Below are positions 1 to 11,700 of a DNA stretch of 64,000 nucleotides, one piece after another. A program made the position numbers and the translations under genes. Location: contig JBHGNT010000007.1 in the NCBI GenBank assembly GCA_043228905.1, positions 10,354,001 to 10,418,000 of the forward strand. The letters run 5' to 3'. The stretch comes from Azolla caroliniana. Its lineage: Eukaryota; Plantae; Polypodiophyta. The notes beneath the pieces were generated by a model. It was not told the origin of the DNA. It saw only the letters and a program-made list of their open reading frames with translations, and did no database searches. The stretch's first letter is position 1. The number at the start of each line of letters is the position of its first letter.

Positions 1-518
1 AAGAGATCCGGAAATCGGATCGGATGGACCCAGTGAGAACCGGAAGAGAAGACATATTGTGTAAATATGTTTTGAGTCAGCCCATTGAGGCTACATTTGT
101 AAATAGCCCTAAGTTCATATAAGTATAAATATGACTTAGGGCAATCACTTTTTGTGAGTGGTTGCCATATTGTTGTTCAGTGATAATTGTTGTATAGAGA
201 GAGAGAGAGATAGAGAGAGGAAAAACAGAGTTATGCTCTGTTGTAACCGCCGGTTGGCGAGATACAGAGCATGAGGTTGTTGCCTTCGAGTCTCTGAGTG
301 TATCTTTATTATATATGGTGATAGCTTGGAGCCTGTGGGCTCCCGTGGTTTTTCCCATTAGGGTTTTCCACATAAATATTCTGTGTACTCTCTACTTCCC
401 ATTTTTGTGTTTCATTCCCATTTTTGTGTTTCATTCCCATTTCTGTGTTTGATTTCCATCCAAGTGAGTCAAGACTCGGTTGTGGCCGCGCAATATTCCA
501 CGCTTTTCTCGCCACACA
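1..518 (+). mobile_element. 3' part of a copia LTR, homologous to the LTR at 60828-61502 in opposite orientation
   Basis: Shares blocks with the reverse complement of 60828-61502 (GTATAAATATGACTTAGGGCAA; GCCTGTGGGC.CCGTGGTTTTTCCC; GGGTTTTCCAC). Right end is approximate. Confidence 0.75.
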
Positions 519-519
519 C

Positions 520-1210
520 TAGGATTCAAAGTGGAAGGAGTCGTCCTTTTATGCCAATAGTAATGACTCCCACTAGTATGTTTTGCGCTAACCCCTACAT
601 ATCCGAATGGATGAAATCGAGCTTGTTATGGCTATGACTGCGCTCATTGGGAAATGGAAGTCGGTGCTGCTTCCCGAACTGACATGTTTCGCAGACTTGG
701 CCCTATCGGCCACTGAATTTCAACAAGCTCAAAACGATGTTTTCCGTCTACATCTCTTGAAGCCACGGGAAGTTGATGTGGCCAAACCGCTTGTGCCATA
801 GGTCGATATTCGATTTGACCTTTTGCCCTTTGGCGAACATAGTGGCGCCTACATCGTTTGTCTCGAGGATGAACATCCTCCCTTCTCAGCGCCCTTGTGC
901 AATAATCCGACCTTCTTCCTCTCTGAAGCACCTGAGGTGAGTAAATTGAACTTGCATGCCTTGGTCAGCAATTTGTCTGACTGACACCAAGTTCTTTGTG
1001 ATTGTCGACACATGCAAGATATTTCTCATGATTCCTCTCTAATCGACATTGCTTAGAGGGATGTCTTCAATATGGTCGATGAGGTGAGGGGTGTCATCGC
1101 CAATTTCGACGACCCCTGGCTATTTTGGCTTCTCTAGCGTCGAGAACCACTCATTGTGATTCGTCATATGGTTTGATGCTACGGAATCCATGTACCACAC
1201 CTCATTCGAC
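520..1210 (-). mobile_element. Degenerate Ty1/copia pol fragment (protease, GAG-pre-integrase, start of integrase)
   Basis: Minus strand reads VWYMDSVASNHMT, LWHKRFGHINF, CETCQFGKQHRLPFP, LDFIHSD, with stops. Confidence 0.85.
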
Positions 1211-1234
1211 TTCGAGGTGCTCACCGCCATCGAG

Positions 1235-1548
1235 TTGGCTTTGTGCCTCTACCCACTTTCTGAAATAATTTGTCACTACTATGATGTAACGATTACCAAT
1301 CCGCATTGTTGTCGTCTTAAATGGTTCGACAAAGTCCAGTCCCCATTTCTGGAACGGTTCTAGCGAGAGTACCAGCTGGTGAGGCATGTGTGCTTGTTCC
1401 GTTGGTTGCCCCATTCGCTGGCACAAATCACACTCCTTGCAGTACCGTAAAGAGTCCTTTAGGGTGGTTGGCCACCATAAGCCGCTCTGCCATATTTTTC
1501 GCACTGTCGCGTCTCCGCTGTAGTGCCCTCTGGTTACTCCACAATGCG
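1235..1548 (-). mobile_element. Ty3/gypsy integrase fragment (zinc finger and start of core)
   Basis: ORF 1202-1504: GLWWPT..YCKECDLCQR..PFQKWGLDFV..RYIIVVTNYFRKWVEA. Confidence 0.8.
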
Positions 1549-1590
1549 TGTAAAGAACCTAACTCTAGTAGAGTAAAGTATTCAGAAGAG

Positions 1591-1687
<97 letters not shown>

Positions 1688-2111
1688 TGTGTGTGTGTGT
1701 GTGTGTGTGTATAAGCAAGAGAAGGAATTACAGAGAATAACCAAAAAAAGTAATAAAACACACAGTAGGGGGATGACAGGTTATGCAGTTAAGAGAGCTA
1801 TATTAATTAACTGAAGATCATCAACAAAACGCAAATGGGCAAAGGGGGTTTTATATACAAGTCCTCAAGGGACTACCATATTAAATGTGTTGGTGGAATC
1901 TAACCAAGATACTTGAGTACGATTTGTCATAAGAATATCTAATATTCTTTGACTACATTAACACTCAACAACTACACGAATTACAATAAAGTGTGCTCAC
2001 ACACACTCGACAACTACACGGATTATAATAAAGTGTGCTCACACACTTTTTCACACATCGTCCTTTTCATCGTAAGCACATATTCACACAAGTTGAGCTT
2101 GATTCTCAACA
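1549..2111 (-). mobile_element. 3' LTR of a minus-strand copia element
   Basis: On the minus strand it begins TGTTGAGAATCAAGCTCAAC right after the PPT GAGGGGGCG and ends TTCTTTACA. The termini match the LTR at 42195-42583. Confidence 0.85.
1592..1710. repeat. Compound (GT)n(GA)n(GT)n microsatellite inside the LTR
   Basis: Seen directly. Confidence 0.98.
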
Positions 2112-2345
2112 CGCCCCCTCAAGGTCAATTGTGTGTCCTCTTAAGGTTGGTTGTCTTGGTGTAGTTGAAGACCCAATTGCAGTAGGTCGGACTACTAGAC
2201 CGTGGTTTTCCCATTGTTCCTATGTACTCGATCTTGATCTAGCAATGTCGATCTTGCCATCCCAAAATTTCGAGCTTCAAAAATTCCGGGCTTTGGAAAG
2301 TCTTCCTCTAACTTGCCGGGTCAAGTCGAATTAGATGTGTTGGCC

Positions 2346-3818
2346 TTACTTTGTTGATGCCGGTCTCACTCTTCCTCTTGTATGGTGTTGTATCTCCATG
2401 TTTTCACTCGTCTTTGTACTTGTACTCTCCCCCAAGCTCAACATATTGAGTGGTCTAAGGCCTAGATCCACTGAGAATTGTCGTAGCTTGTCGAGACCTA
2501 GCGCCTTAGTGAAAATATCAACCACTTGCATGTTGGTGCCAACGTATTGGAGGTCAATGTCACCGGCCAATATGCGCTCACGGATGTAATGATAGTGCAC
2601 CTCAATGTGCTTAGTCTGGGCGTGAAACAACAGATTCTTTGCAAGCTGGATGCTGCTAAAATTATCGTAGTGGATCAGTATTGACTTGTTCGCCAATTCA
2701 TTGAAGTCTTTCAGCAATCTTTTAAGCCATACAGCTTCGCAAGCAACTACAACTTCGGCCCTATACTCCGCCTCAGTGCTCGATAAAGTGACCGTTGGTT
2801 GTTTCTTGCTGCTCCAAGAGATTGCTCCACTACCAAGTGAAAACATAAATCCTGAAGTGGATCTCCTATCAGATGCATTGGCCGCCCAATCAACATCTGT
2901 GAAGCCTTCAAGTTGAATTGGTACTCCGTGCTTATAGAAGATACCATAATCAAGTGTTCCACTAACATAACATAACACTCGCTTAGCACAATCCATGTGA
3001 GTGTTGTGGGGGGTTTGCATGAACTGGCTAAGAAGCCCAATTGGATAGCTGAGGTCTGGTCGAGTGATAGTTAGGTAGATAAGACTCCCGATTATTTGGC
3101 GATACTGTGTCGGCTCACAGAATTTACCAGAATCTGCATTTAGTTTCATATTTCGATCAAGGGGTGTCGAGATGGACTTACACTCGGTCATTCTGAACTT
3201 GTAGAGCAAGTTCAACACATAGTGTCGGTGTGAGAGTAGGAACCCTTCTGGATTTTGAATGACCTCGATGCCGAGAAAATAATGTAAGTCATTCAGATCC
3301 TTCATCTTGAACTTCTCTAAAAGCAGCTTTTTAATCTTTTGTGTCTCGGTGAGGCTTTCTCCACCGATGACAAGGTCATCGACATACAAGATTAAGAAGA
3401 TGGTGCTTTTGGGATTGTTGTGAACATACAATGAGTTATCAGATTTTAACATCTGGAAGCCAATGTCGTGAAGATATGATGTATGCCATGCTCTTGGGGC
3501 TTGCTTCAGTCCATAGAGCGACTTCATCAATCGGCAAACTGCATGTGAATGTTTGTTTGATTCGAAGCCAGGTGGTTGCATCATGTAAATTTCCTCCTCG
3601 AGCTCACCTTGGAGGAATGCATTCTTCACATCCATTTGATGCAAGTGCCACCCTTTCGCTGTTGCGAGTGCAATTACCGTCCTCATGGTGGTCATTTTTG
3701 CCACCGGGGCAAATGTTTCCTCATAGTCTATGCCATGGGTTTGAGCATACCCTTTGGTGACTAGTCGAGCCTTGAACCGATTGATCATGCCATCCATATT
3801 ATGCTTTATCTTGAACAC
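2346..3818 (-). CDS. Copia reverse transcriptase-RNase H ORF (remnant of pol)
   Basis: 490-aa ORF with RVT_2-type and copia RNase H motifs; upstream pol is disrupted. Confidence 0.85.
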   Translation of the reverse strand: MFKIKHNMDGMINRFKARLVTKGYAQTHGIDYEETFAPVAKMTTMRTVIALATAKGWHLHQMDVKNAFLQGELEEEIYMMQPPGFESNKHSHAVCRLMKSLYGLKQAPRAWHTSYLHDIGFQMLKSDNSLYVHNNPKSTIFLILYVDDLVIGGESLTETQKIKKLLLEKFKMKDLNDLHYFLGIEVIQNPEGFLLSHRHYVLNLLYKFRMTECKSISTPLDRNMKLNADSGKFCEPTQYRQIIGSLIYLTITRPDLSYPIGLLSQFMQTPHNTHMDCAKRVLCYVSGTLDYGIFYKHGVPIQLEGFTDVDWAANASDRRSTSGFMFSLGSGAISWSSKKQPTVTLSSTEAEYRAEVVVACEAVWLKRLLKDFNELANKSILIHYDNFSSIQLAKNLLFHAQTKHIEVHYHYIRERILAGDIDLQYVGTNMQVVDIFTKALGLDKLRQFSVDLGLRPLNMLSLGESTSTKTSENMEIQHHTRGRVRPASTK

Positions 3819-4548
3819 CTAGCGGCAACCAATTGGCTTTTTCTTGATTTCAGAGGATGGGACTAAATCCCAAGTATCGTTGTCAAATAACACGCGCATC
3901 TCCTCCCTCATTGCCTCGATCCACCGGGGATCTTGGGAAGCTTTTTTGTAAGTCTCAAGTTCTTGGTTTGTTGTGACCTTCATCATGAATGCATAGTGGT
4001 GGCGATGTACTCATTGTACCTGAACCTATCTATCGGGCTCTTTTGTCGGTTTGATTGACGGAGTTTTCCTTTGGTCACTTCCGGGGCCTTCTTCATGTCA
4101 TACTTGTTGTCGACCGATCGGGGTGAATGATCTAAGTCTTCACTGGATGTCATGTCCTTGGCCTCTTGCCCTTTATTTCTTTCTATGGGTGTAGCACCAA
4201 GGTGACAACACATCAAAGGTTTCGTCCTGTTGTGCAAGACTCTGATTGCTGGATGACACCTCAGATCCAGTCAGCTGGAGTGTGGACAGACTCTCAGTTG
4301 GTTCTCCACCCATAATGGTCGTTAGCATCTTTTCTTCTTCACTTTGAGAATTTGCTCCAGATCTGCTTGTTTCGAGCACGGTGGGGGTCACTAATGTTGG
4401 GCCATACCATGATGTCACCTCATCAAATACCACATCTCGGCTTACTCGTGACTGTCAAGTGATGGGGTTAAAACAATTATAACCCTTTTGCTCAAGTGAG
4501 TAACCGACGAGGATCATCTTCTCTGGTTTTGGGTCAAGCTTTCTCTGA

Positions 4549-5735
4549 GATAGGATACATAGCCAACCACAAGATAGGATATCCCATCAAGCCTTTGAGG
4601 CATCCCGATCCCTACATGCATCTGGAGACATTAGCTCTTGGTATAGCATTGTGGTGAGTTGGTTACTTGCAAACGGCATAGACATTAATAACCTACCTCC
4701 CCTTAAGTACAACCATGGGATTGATCAAACTCTAATCTCTCATGAAGACCGTAATAAAGTGATACGCCAAGAAATATGGCAAATTTACACTCGATATAAA
4801 TGGATCACCCCACGAGAGCCATTCCCATCTAAAATGTTGTACTATAAGGAACACTTCTTGCACTTCTCTAAGTTAGGTTTTATTACATGACCAAGATATC
4901 TAGATACATTCTTATCAAATGCACTAAGGGTGGCCATTGGACAACTTAGGATATCATCTCACCAACTTGAGATTGAGAATGGTCGAGCTAATAGAGTCCC
5001 TAGAGAGGAAAGGCTATGTAGGTTATGCCAGATAGAGATAGAGGATGAGTATCACTTCACATGCAAGTGCCCAACTTATACCGAGATACGGGCGGAATAC
5101 CAAGACATATTAGGACCCTCTCCCACCCTCTCCAAACTATTATATACCCCGATAGTAAAAAGACTAGGTAGGTATATCTTAGAGCTAAAACAACACAGGG
5201 AGAATAAATTACAAAGTGTTAATCATAACCCTTTTATTATTCATCAACATGTAACTAGTGTAAATCTTGTCAGGAACAAGGGGAAACGATGAATGTGGAT
5301 ACACTTACGCCGCTCAGCCTCTCCCTTGAGGAAGCAGAAATACAAATAACAACCAAACGCCCTCAGATGTTGGGCTTCAAAACAAGTCAACGTGGAGTAG
5401 AAAAGATTAAGAAGATAAGGGAACGTGAGCTACGTCGACTAGAAGCTATGGTTGGGGTACCTTTTACATTGGGACCATAGGCCACATCCACATCGCAACC
5501 CTTTGACCTCTCACTTCTCTTCAAGAGACTTGGATAGAAATGAAATTAGGCCTAGTATAATATCTTTTCATTGTAGAACATGTTTTTTTTTTAGAACTAT
5601 TTTTTATCTTATTTTGATTTTTTTACTTTCGATGAATGGGTAAATATCCCATTTTTTGTAAACCATTTGTCTCATGGGCCAAATTTGGCCTGAGAAGACT
5701 TTAATATATCTTTCTTTCTTTCTTTCTTTCTTTTT
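4549..5735 (+). mobile_element. 5'-truncated non-LTR retrotransposon (RTEX-like), ORF2 C-terminus plus 3' UTR
   Basis: LRISSHQLEIENGR..ERLCRLC..EDEYHF..C zinc-finger region, hairpin GGCCAAATTTGGCC at 5677-5690, (TTTC)n tail. It interrupts the copia motif VHVPDENQ/RKLDPK. Confidence 0.85.
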
Positions 5736-7100
5736 GATTCTCATCGGGGACATGCACAAATGCAATGCTACCAAAAAACCTTCAAGTGCGAAAGGTCTGG
5801 TTTGTCCCAAAATACTTCTCGTGAGGGGTGATGCCATGGACACCCTCAATCATGCACCTATTGTTGAGATACACAGCCGTAACAGATGCCTCTGCCCAAT
5901 AGATCTTGGGCATGTTCTTCTCCTGCAGCATGGCACGGGCTATCTCAAGAATTGTGTGATTCTTCCGCTCAACAACACCGTTTTATTGTGATGTGTATTG
6001 TCAAGAGAATTCCCTTCTCTTCTAGAAAGGCCTTGAACTCATTTAAGAAGTATTCTTGGCCATCATCAGACTGTAAGCATCGAATTTTGTGATTTGTCTC
6101 ATTTTCCACGCGATTCTTTAACTTGAGAAAGTGGGAGAAGACCTCACTTTTCGACTTCATCGGGCATATCTAGGTATGCCACGAACAGTCATCAATGAAG
6201 GTAACAAAGTACCTACACCCATCGATTGTCGTTGTTTGAGTTGGGCCCCATACATCTGAGTGGATGACATCCAGCAAGCCTTTACTCACATTTCTTTCGC
6301 TTAGGAATGGATGCCTATGTTGCTTGCCTAGTTGGCATGCCTCACATACATTCGAATTGGCCTTATGCTTCATCACAAAGTCGGGTTTCATTCTGGCTCT
6401 CCCTAAGCCTTTAGTGTAGTGCGATCTCTACCACCTTTCTCCATCGGCACAACTCAATTCGGCTCTGTCCGAATCTGATTTCTTTTTCCAACACTTGCTC
6501 TCCTTGTAGCCCTTATGGCTACAATACAAATAGCTAATGTCTTTCTTTTGCTGGCTTCCGGCTCCACCTTGACTCCCCCTACTCGTGGAGGGTCCATAAC
6601 TATCGACACTTCCTCTGTGCCTTTGATCCTGCTCTTGGTGGCCGCCCCCATTGTGTGCTGATCTACCTTCGTGTACAATATCTTGATGTACCCAAGCATC
6701 TGATCGTGGACACAGGAGGCAAAGTAGTACAAGACTTAGCTTGCTACTTGCTCCCAAGCTTGGAAGTCTCTCTGCGTCAGCTCTAGTGGTACCTTGTTTG
6801 CTCCTTCCACGTAGCTCCAATAGCCATGTCCAACCAAGTACTACGACATCTTGTATGCCGAAGATGCATAATTGCTCCTGTCAAATTTTTTTGACGGCAA
6901 CGAGCTACCCATTTCTCTATCCATGTTCCTATCAGACTTTGTCCGGAGATCGAAAAGCTTGTCAGTGCTGAAACACTTGTCGGCTATAGTGGACTCTTCT
7001 CAACCCTTGCGCTTTGATACCATGTAAAAAGAATATCGTGTAGAAGCTCATGCACAAGACACAACCGACTCGGCTGGATAACAAAAGATAGTTAGGAATA

Positions 7101-7523
7101 CCCGTGATGTGTTGGTGTAATGGTAATAGGGGACACTCCAACTGCTAGGTTGGAGGTTTGAGTCTCCCCGCACCAACATACATGTGGTACCTAAAAAGGG
7201 CGGTTTGTGCCCGTAAGTGGTGACGACGCAGATGGTGATGGTGAAGGGCGGTTTGTGCCCATAAGTGACAAAGACGAAGACGGTGACGGTGACAACAATG
7301 ACGGTTTTGACGATGAAGAAGGTAAAATGTAGCCTGTCTACAAGTTGCATGATGGAACGTGGTGCGAGTCTCATCATATCTCCTAGAGGTCATCTTGTGC
7401 ATGTATCTCACTCGTACCAACCATTCGGTACACCCCATGATGGACTATGTACTGCTAATAAAACATGACTTCGTGTGAGTTGTAGCCTTCAGGAGAGCCA
7501 AAGATAAAAAAGAAAAGAAAAAG
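7101..7523 (+). mobile_element. tRNA-derived SINE with A-rich tail and 18-bp TSD
   Basis: A-box TGGTGTAATGG at 7113-7123, B-box GGTTTGAGTC at 7155-7164, A-rich tail, TSD AAAAGATAGTTAGGAATA at 7083-7100 and 7524-7541. Confidence 0.82.
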
Positions 7524-7575
7524 AAAAGATAGTTAGGAATATACAGAGTATGGAAAATACGCAAAGAGCAGGAGA

Positions 7576-7643
7576 TAGTTGTAGCCTTTAGGCGAGCCAA
7601 AGATAAAAACAAAATATTGAAGTAGTATCTCTAAATGGAAAAA
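7576..7643 (+). mobile_element. 5'-truncated second copy of the same SINE/LINE tail
   Basis: GTTGTAGCCTTTAGGCGAGCCAAAGATAAAAA matches the SINE 3' end; flanked by a ~47-bp duplication (7524-7570 and 7644-7690). Confidence 0.7.
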
Positions 7644-8715
7644 AAAAGATAGTTAGGAATATACAGAGTATGGAAAATACGCAAAGAGCAAGAGAGACAG
7701 AGAGAACAAACAACAAAACTATATTAAAAAATAACAACACTCTGTACATCTAAAGAGCACCTTTTATACAAGTCCTCCAAAGGATTCACAGAAGTACTGA
7801 CAAGTACTTCAATGCTCACGTGACACGTGAGCTCTAACACTAAATGTAAATAGTATTCCTATTTACTAAAATAGGAATGTAGGCATCTAATGGCCTATCG
7901 GCTCCCAGCCAATCGGATATCCAGCTTCTCCAGCCAATCCTCCTCAGCCGACTTGGCTATTAACGTCTACAGTCGATCTGGCTCATGTTGAGCTTGTCTC
8001 AACGACAATGTATGAGATCTTCTACCTTGACATATCTGTTGTTTGCTTGACTCACCAATAGATCCTCATAGTCTACTTCATCAACAATTGGGCGCTTGTA
8101 GACAAAGAGTAGGGTGACGACTGGTGAGAGAGGTGGTCTGAGTCGGGCTTTCTATGGTTGGCGTGCTTCACGATGCTATTCTCTTTAATCCTTATTATGT
8201 TACTTTATGGCTTTATTATTTTCATCTGGTGACATCGGCCGCATTGTGATAGAGTGGTGGGTAGAATAGGGGGCTTTCTTATTGGTACACATTATTATTA
8301 TTAGGTAGATCGGATGGTGCAGATTGCACACACCCTCAGCCAAGCAACGTGCACCGTGTGTGGCCGTGATTCCCTCGCCAACCCTAAAGCCCTATGTACA
8401 TATTTATGATTCGGTAGCGAATGCATGGGTTACATATGTATGTATGTATGTATGTACATACATATAAATCAAATTCTATTTATTATTTATTTTCGGTTTT
8501 TATTTTCGACACTCATTAACTAAAACGATTTCTCGTGTGTGTGTGTGTGTGTTGAGGGGGTAGTTGGCAAGCGCACAGAGAGAGACACAGAGCGAGCGAG
8601 CGAGCGACGCGGCCACGGGACAGACGTAAACAAAGCAGGAGAGCCAAACATCGGTTTGTGATTCCGAGGTTTAGGGTTTGTACTTAGCAGAAGCAGAGGG
8701 AATTGAAGGAGAAGG

Positions 8716-11700
8716 ATGGGAAGTACAGAGATTAGCCAGGATGCAGAAGAAGAAGAGCAGGAACAGCTTCCAGACTTGTCCCGGATTGTTGGTAGCCTCG
8801 AAGACTTAGTCCGTCAGGGCGCCATCTCTCGTGAAAGAGGATCCTTTGCGCGTTCCAAGTAAGTGTCTCCCTCTCACATCTTATTTGTTTGAATATTGTA
8901 TATATGTATATTTATGCAGGCGTGCTTGCACGTATGGACGTGCATGTGTCCATGTATGCCATTTTTAATGGTCATATTGATCATTTTTCCTTCTTTGCCT
9001 TAAATTTGTGTGATGGAGGCATGCATTGATGTGTATATTGGCGTGTGTGCATGCATGCATCTACACATACGTGTATCTGTATGCATATATATGCGTGTAT
9101 ATATGCATAACTATATCTTTATCTATGCAGGTATATATAACATATAAATATGAGCAATGTCAATAAGGGTCAATCAGATTAGCCTAGAGTGTTCAATATT
9201 CAAGATGGTCTCTGTGAACTAAAGGAAACATAATGCTACCTGTATAAGAGTCTTTGGACATATTGTCATATACAAATATGATAGAACAATGTTGGGAAAC
9301 CTTGTTTGGGCCCATATCGATATTGAGGATTTCACCGGGGAATCTTTTACATTCTTGCTAAGTCCTCTTCTATGAAAAAGTTTCTTAGTCTTAAGTCAAA
9401 ATATTGGTCACATGCTACATGCTTGCTGTGTTGCTAGTTTTAAGGCCAAATATATTGCTTTGCCCAGCATCCATGTACTCTTAACTATTTCCACGGCTTT
9501 TCATGGCACATTGACGTTTCTTATCATCAATGTAATTTATTTGAAAAAATAAAGTGGGTGGAATGTCAAAAAGTGAGAAAGATCATCCGACAATGTCTAG
9601 CAGGAATGTTATGCTAACGCCGTTGACATTGTCCTATACCAAAATGCGTGGTTGGTGCAGTCTGATCAGGGGATCATAATTTGTGATATACTGGCTCATA
9701 TGAAAGCCAACCATATTTTAAATAGCCATGCATGGTAGGTTCATGTAACTGTATGATCTTTAGTGAAAGTTCTGACATTGTTATCTTAGTGTTTTGGTGG
9801 AGAGGAGATGATTACTCCACATCAGTCTTGATTGATCAAGATATTAACAATGCCCAACAAAACTTATTCCATCGATAAAGTGTTGATAGTAACAATAAGT
9901 TCTCCTCAATAGGTATGATAGGTAACCCCAAGAGTGTGCAATGGGTTCTCAATTGCTTCTTCAAAATTTCAAAACTATAACATTGGCAAAATCCTAATCT
10001 CCTTGTGCACCTGCAAATTGTAAATTTCTTAAAAAGCAAATTAGAAGCTGTTAGAAACGAAGAAAGAGCAAGAAACCAAAATTATTTCCACAAACTAATG
10101 GCAGTTGACAACTATAATCTATAAGGAAGAAACTACAGTGAAAGCAACACATGGGAAATAAAACATAAAAGTCCTGTAATAAACCAACAAAAAGTACAAA
10201 GATATGAATAGCTTGTGAGAATGTGAGAAGCATCATGAGTGGACTCTGGGAAACAGGCTCAAAAGGCATATAAAAAGAATACATGGCTGAATCTAGATAA
10301 GAATAGGGAAGGGGCCTTTATATATGCCCCAATTCTGAGTATTTAGTTAATTGTAGGTCTCCGTAAGTGAAGGCTAAAGTGAATGTGCTCAAATATTTTT
10401 GAAGAGATGAAACTTTGTTACATGGGTCAAATTTGCCTTAAGCAAACTAACCTCTTATGTGAGAAAGAAAGAAAGAAAGATATATTAACATCTTTTAAGA
10501 GGCCAAAATGGCCTATATGGCCTATAAGACCAAACAAGAGAGAACAACAAATCAACAAATCAAAATAAAATAAATATTACTCTGTAAATATAAAAGTAAA
10601 TAAGATAAAAAGAGACGAGGGAAACTGATTTTTGGCACATGTGAGATTCTCAAGTTAGATGTATTGTAACTTTTGTCTTCGAAAGATCTCTAGCATAGGT
10701 CGATCCAGAATGGAAAGGTCTCCGAAGTGAGGGAAGCATCTGCGATGGGGGGAGATAATGGCTTTTATCTATTGATGACAAGGGTGTTGAGGTCGTGGTC
10801 CATGGGGCTGGGGCCTACATGCACGACAAATTGCTATTGCCCGATCAATTGTAACCCCTTTGTTATGTCCTGGTCGGGAGCCTATTTGTGTATTCCTTGA
10901 TTGACTTGTAGCATTAGTAGGAATGATGGGGCTAAAGAAAGTTGTGATTGTTCTTTGTGGATGAGCTTGTGTGGCTGTATTCTTCAACAACTTTTCCCAA
11001 TGTCTCTTGAGCTCTCGCAAGAAAAGTCCTAGGCACCGTTGGTCCACATAATACATTACCTTGCGTAGTGAGCCAAAGCATTGTTTAAAGAGGCAATGAT
11101 ATCTCCCTCTGATTTCATAAAAGACACTACTACAGTGACAAACATAGTGTTCTTCGGATTCCACTCCTTGATGACACAATTGGCAAATTCTTTCTTCTAG
11201 GGGTATTTGTGTATATCTGCCTACCTCAATCTACAACTGCCCTATCGCACTGCCCAACGCATAGGATAGATGTATGTCCATATAAGGTGGCCTGATGATG
11301 TCCAAGTTAATAATATCAGTTCAGATCACTCTATTCTTTTCCACATTGGTCATATTTAGATGGGGACAGTCCAAGCTATATTGGGGGTAGTGCATCTATA
11401 CTCATGCCATGTGACTTGAACCATTGCTGCATTTCAGCATACCAACAATGAATGTCTCCATTTTTAGCCAGTTGTCTTGGCGACATAAGTGCTAACCTTG
11501 TGTACCTTCGTTTAGGGAGCTCCCAAAGACGTTGGATAAATGTCACTAATCGGAACAATGCCTCGGTGATTATAGGTGCTGCTCCCATCTCTGCCCGGAT
11601 TATATCGTGGGGCACCGATGCTTTGCTCCTTATCATGCGGGCAATCGTTGACACTAAAGGTCTCTCTAAGTCTTTCCTTGTTAAGACTCGGTTCCCATGT

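Larger units (their letters stand above)
2112..7022 (-). mobile_element. Ty1/copia internal region (degenerate gag, integrase, RT-RNase H), split by a LINE
   Basis: ORF 2346-3818 carries [37 protein letters not shown]. Integrase lies at 5740-6360. PBS TGGTATCAAAGC is at 7011-7022. The protease region is deleted near 6360. Confidence 0.92.
7023..8004 (-). mobile_element. 5' LTR of a copia element carrying SINE insertions
   Basis: Adjacent to the PBS; termini (c)GTTGAGACAAGCTCAAC...TTTTACA on the minus strand; similar to the LTR at 43935-44426. Confidence 0.75.

Noticed and set aside
1321-1814. ORFs rich in CV, ER and HT repeats (also 33059-33729)
   Set aside because: These are translations of dinucleotide microsatellites.
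7101-7176. Possible functional tRNA gene
   Set aside because: No proper acceptor or anticodon stem; it lies within a TSD-flanked, A-tailed insert, so it is a SINE head.
8671-8679. Telo-box-like TTAGGGTTT in the CCDC146 leader
   Set aside because: A single short motif; not enough support for a regulatory call.
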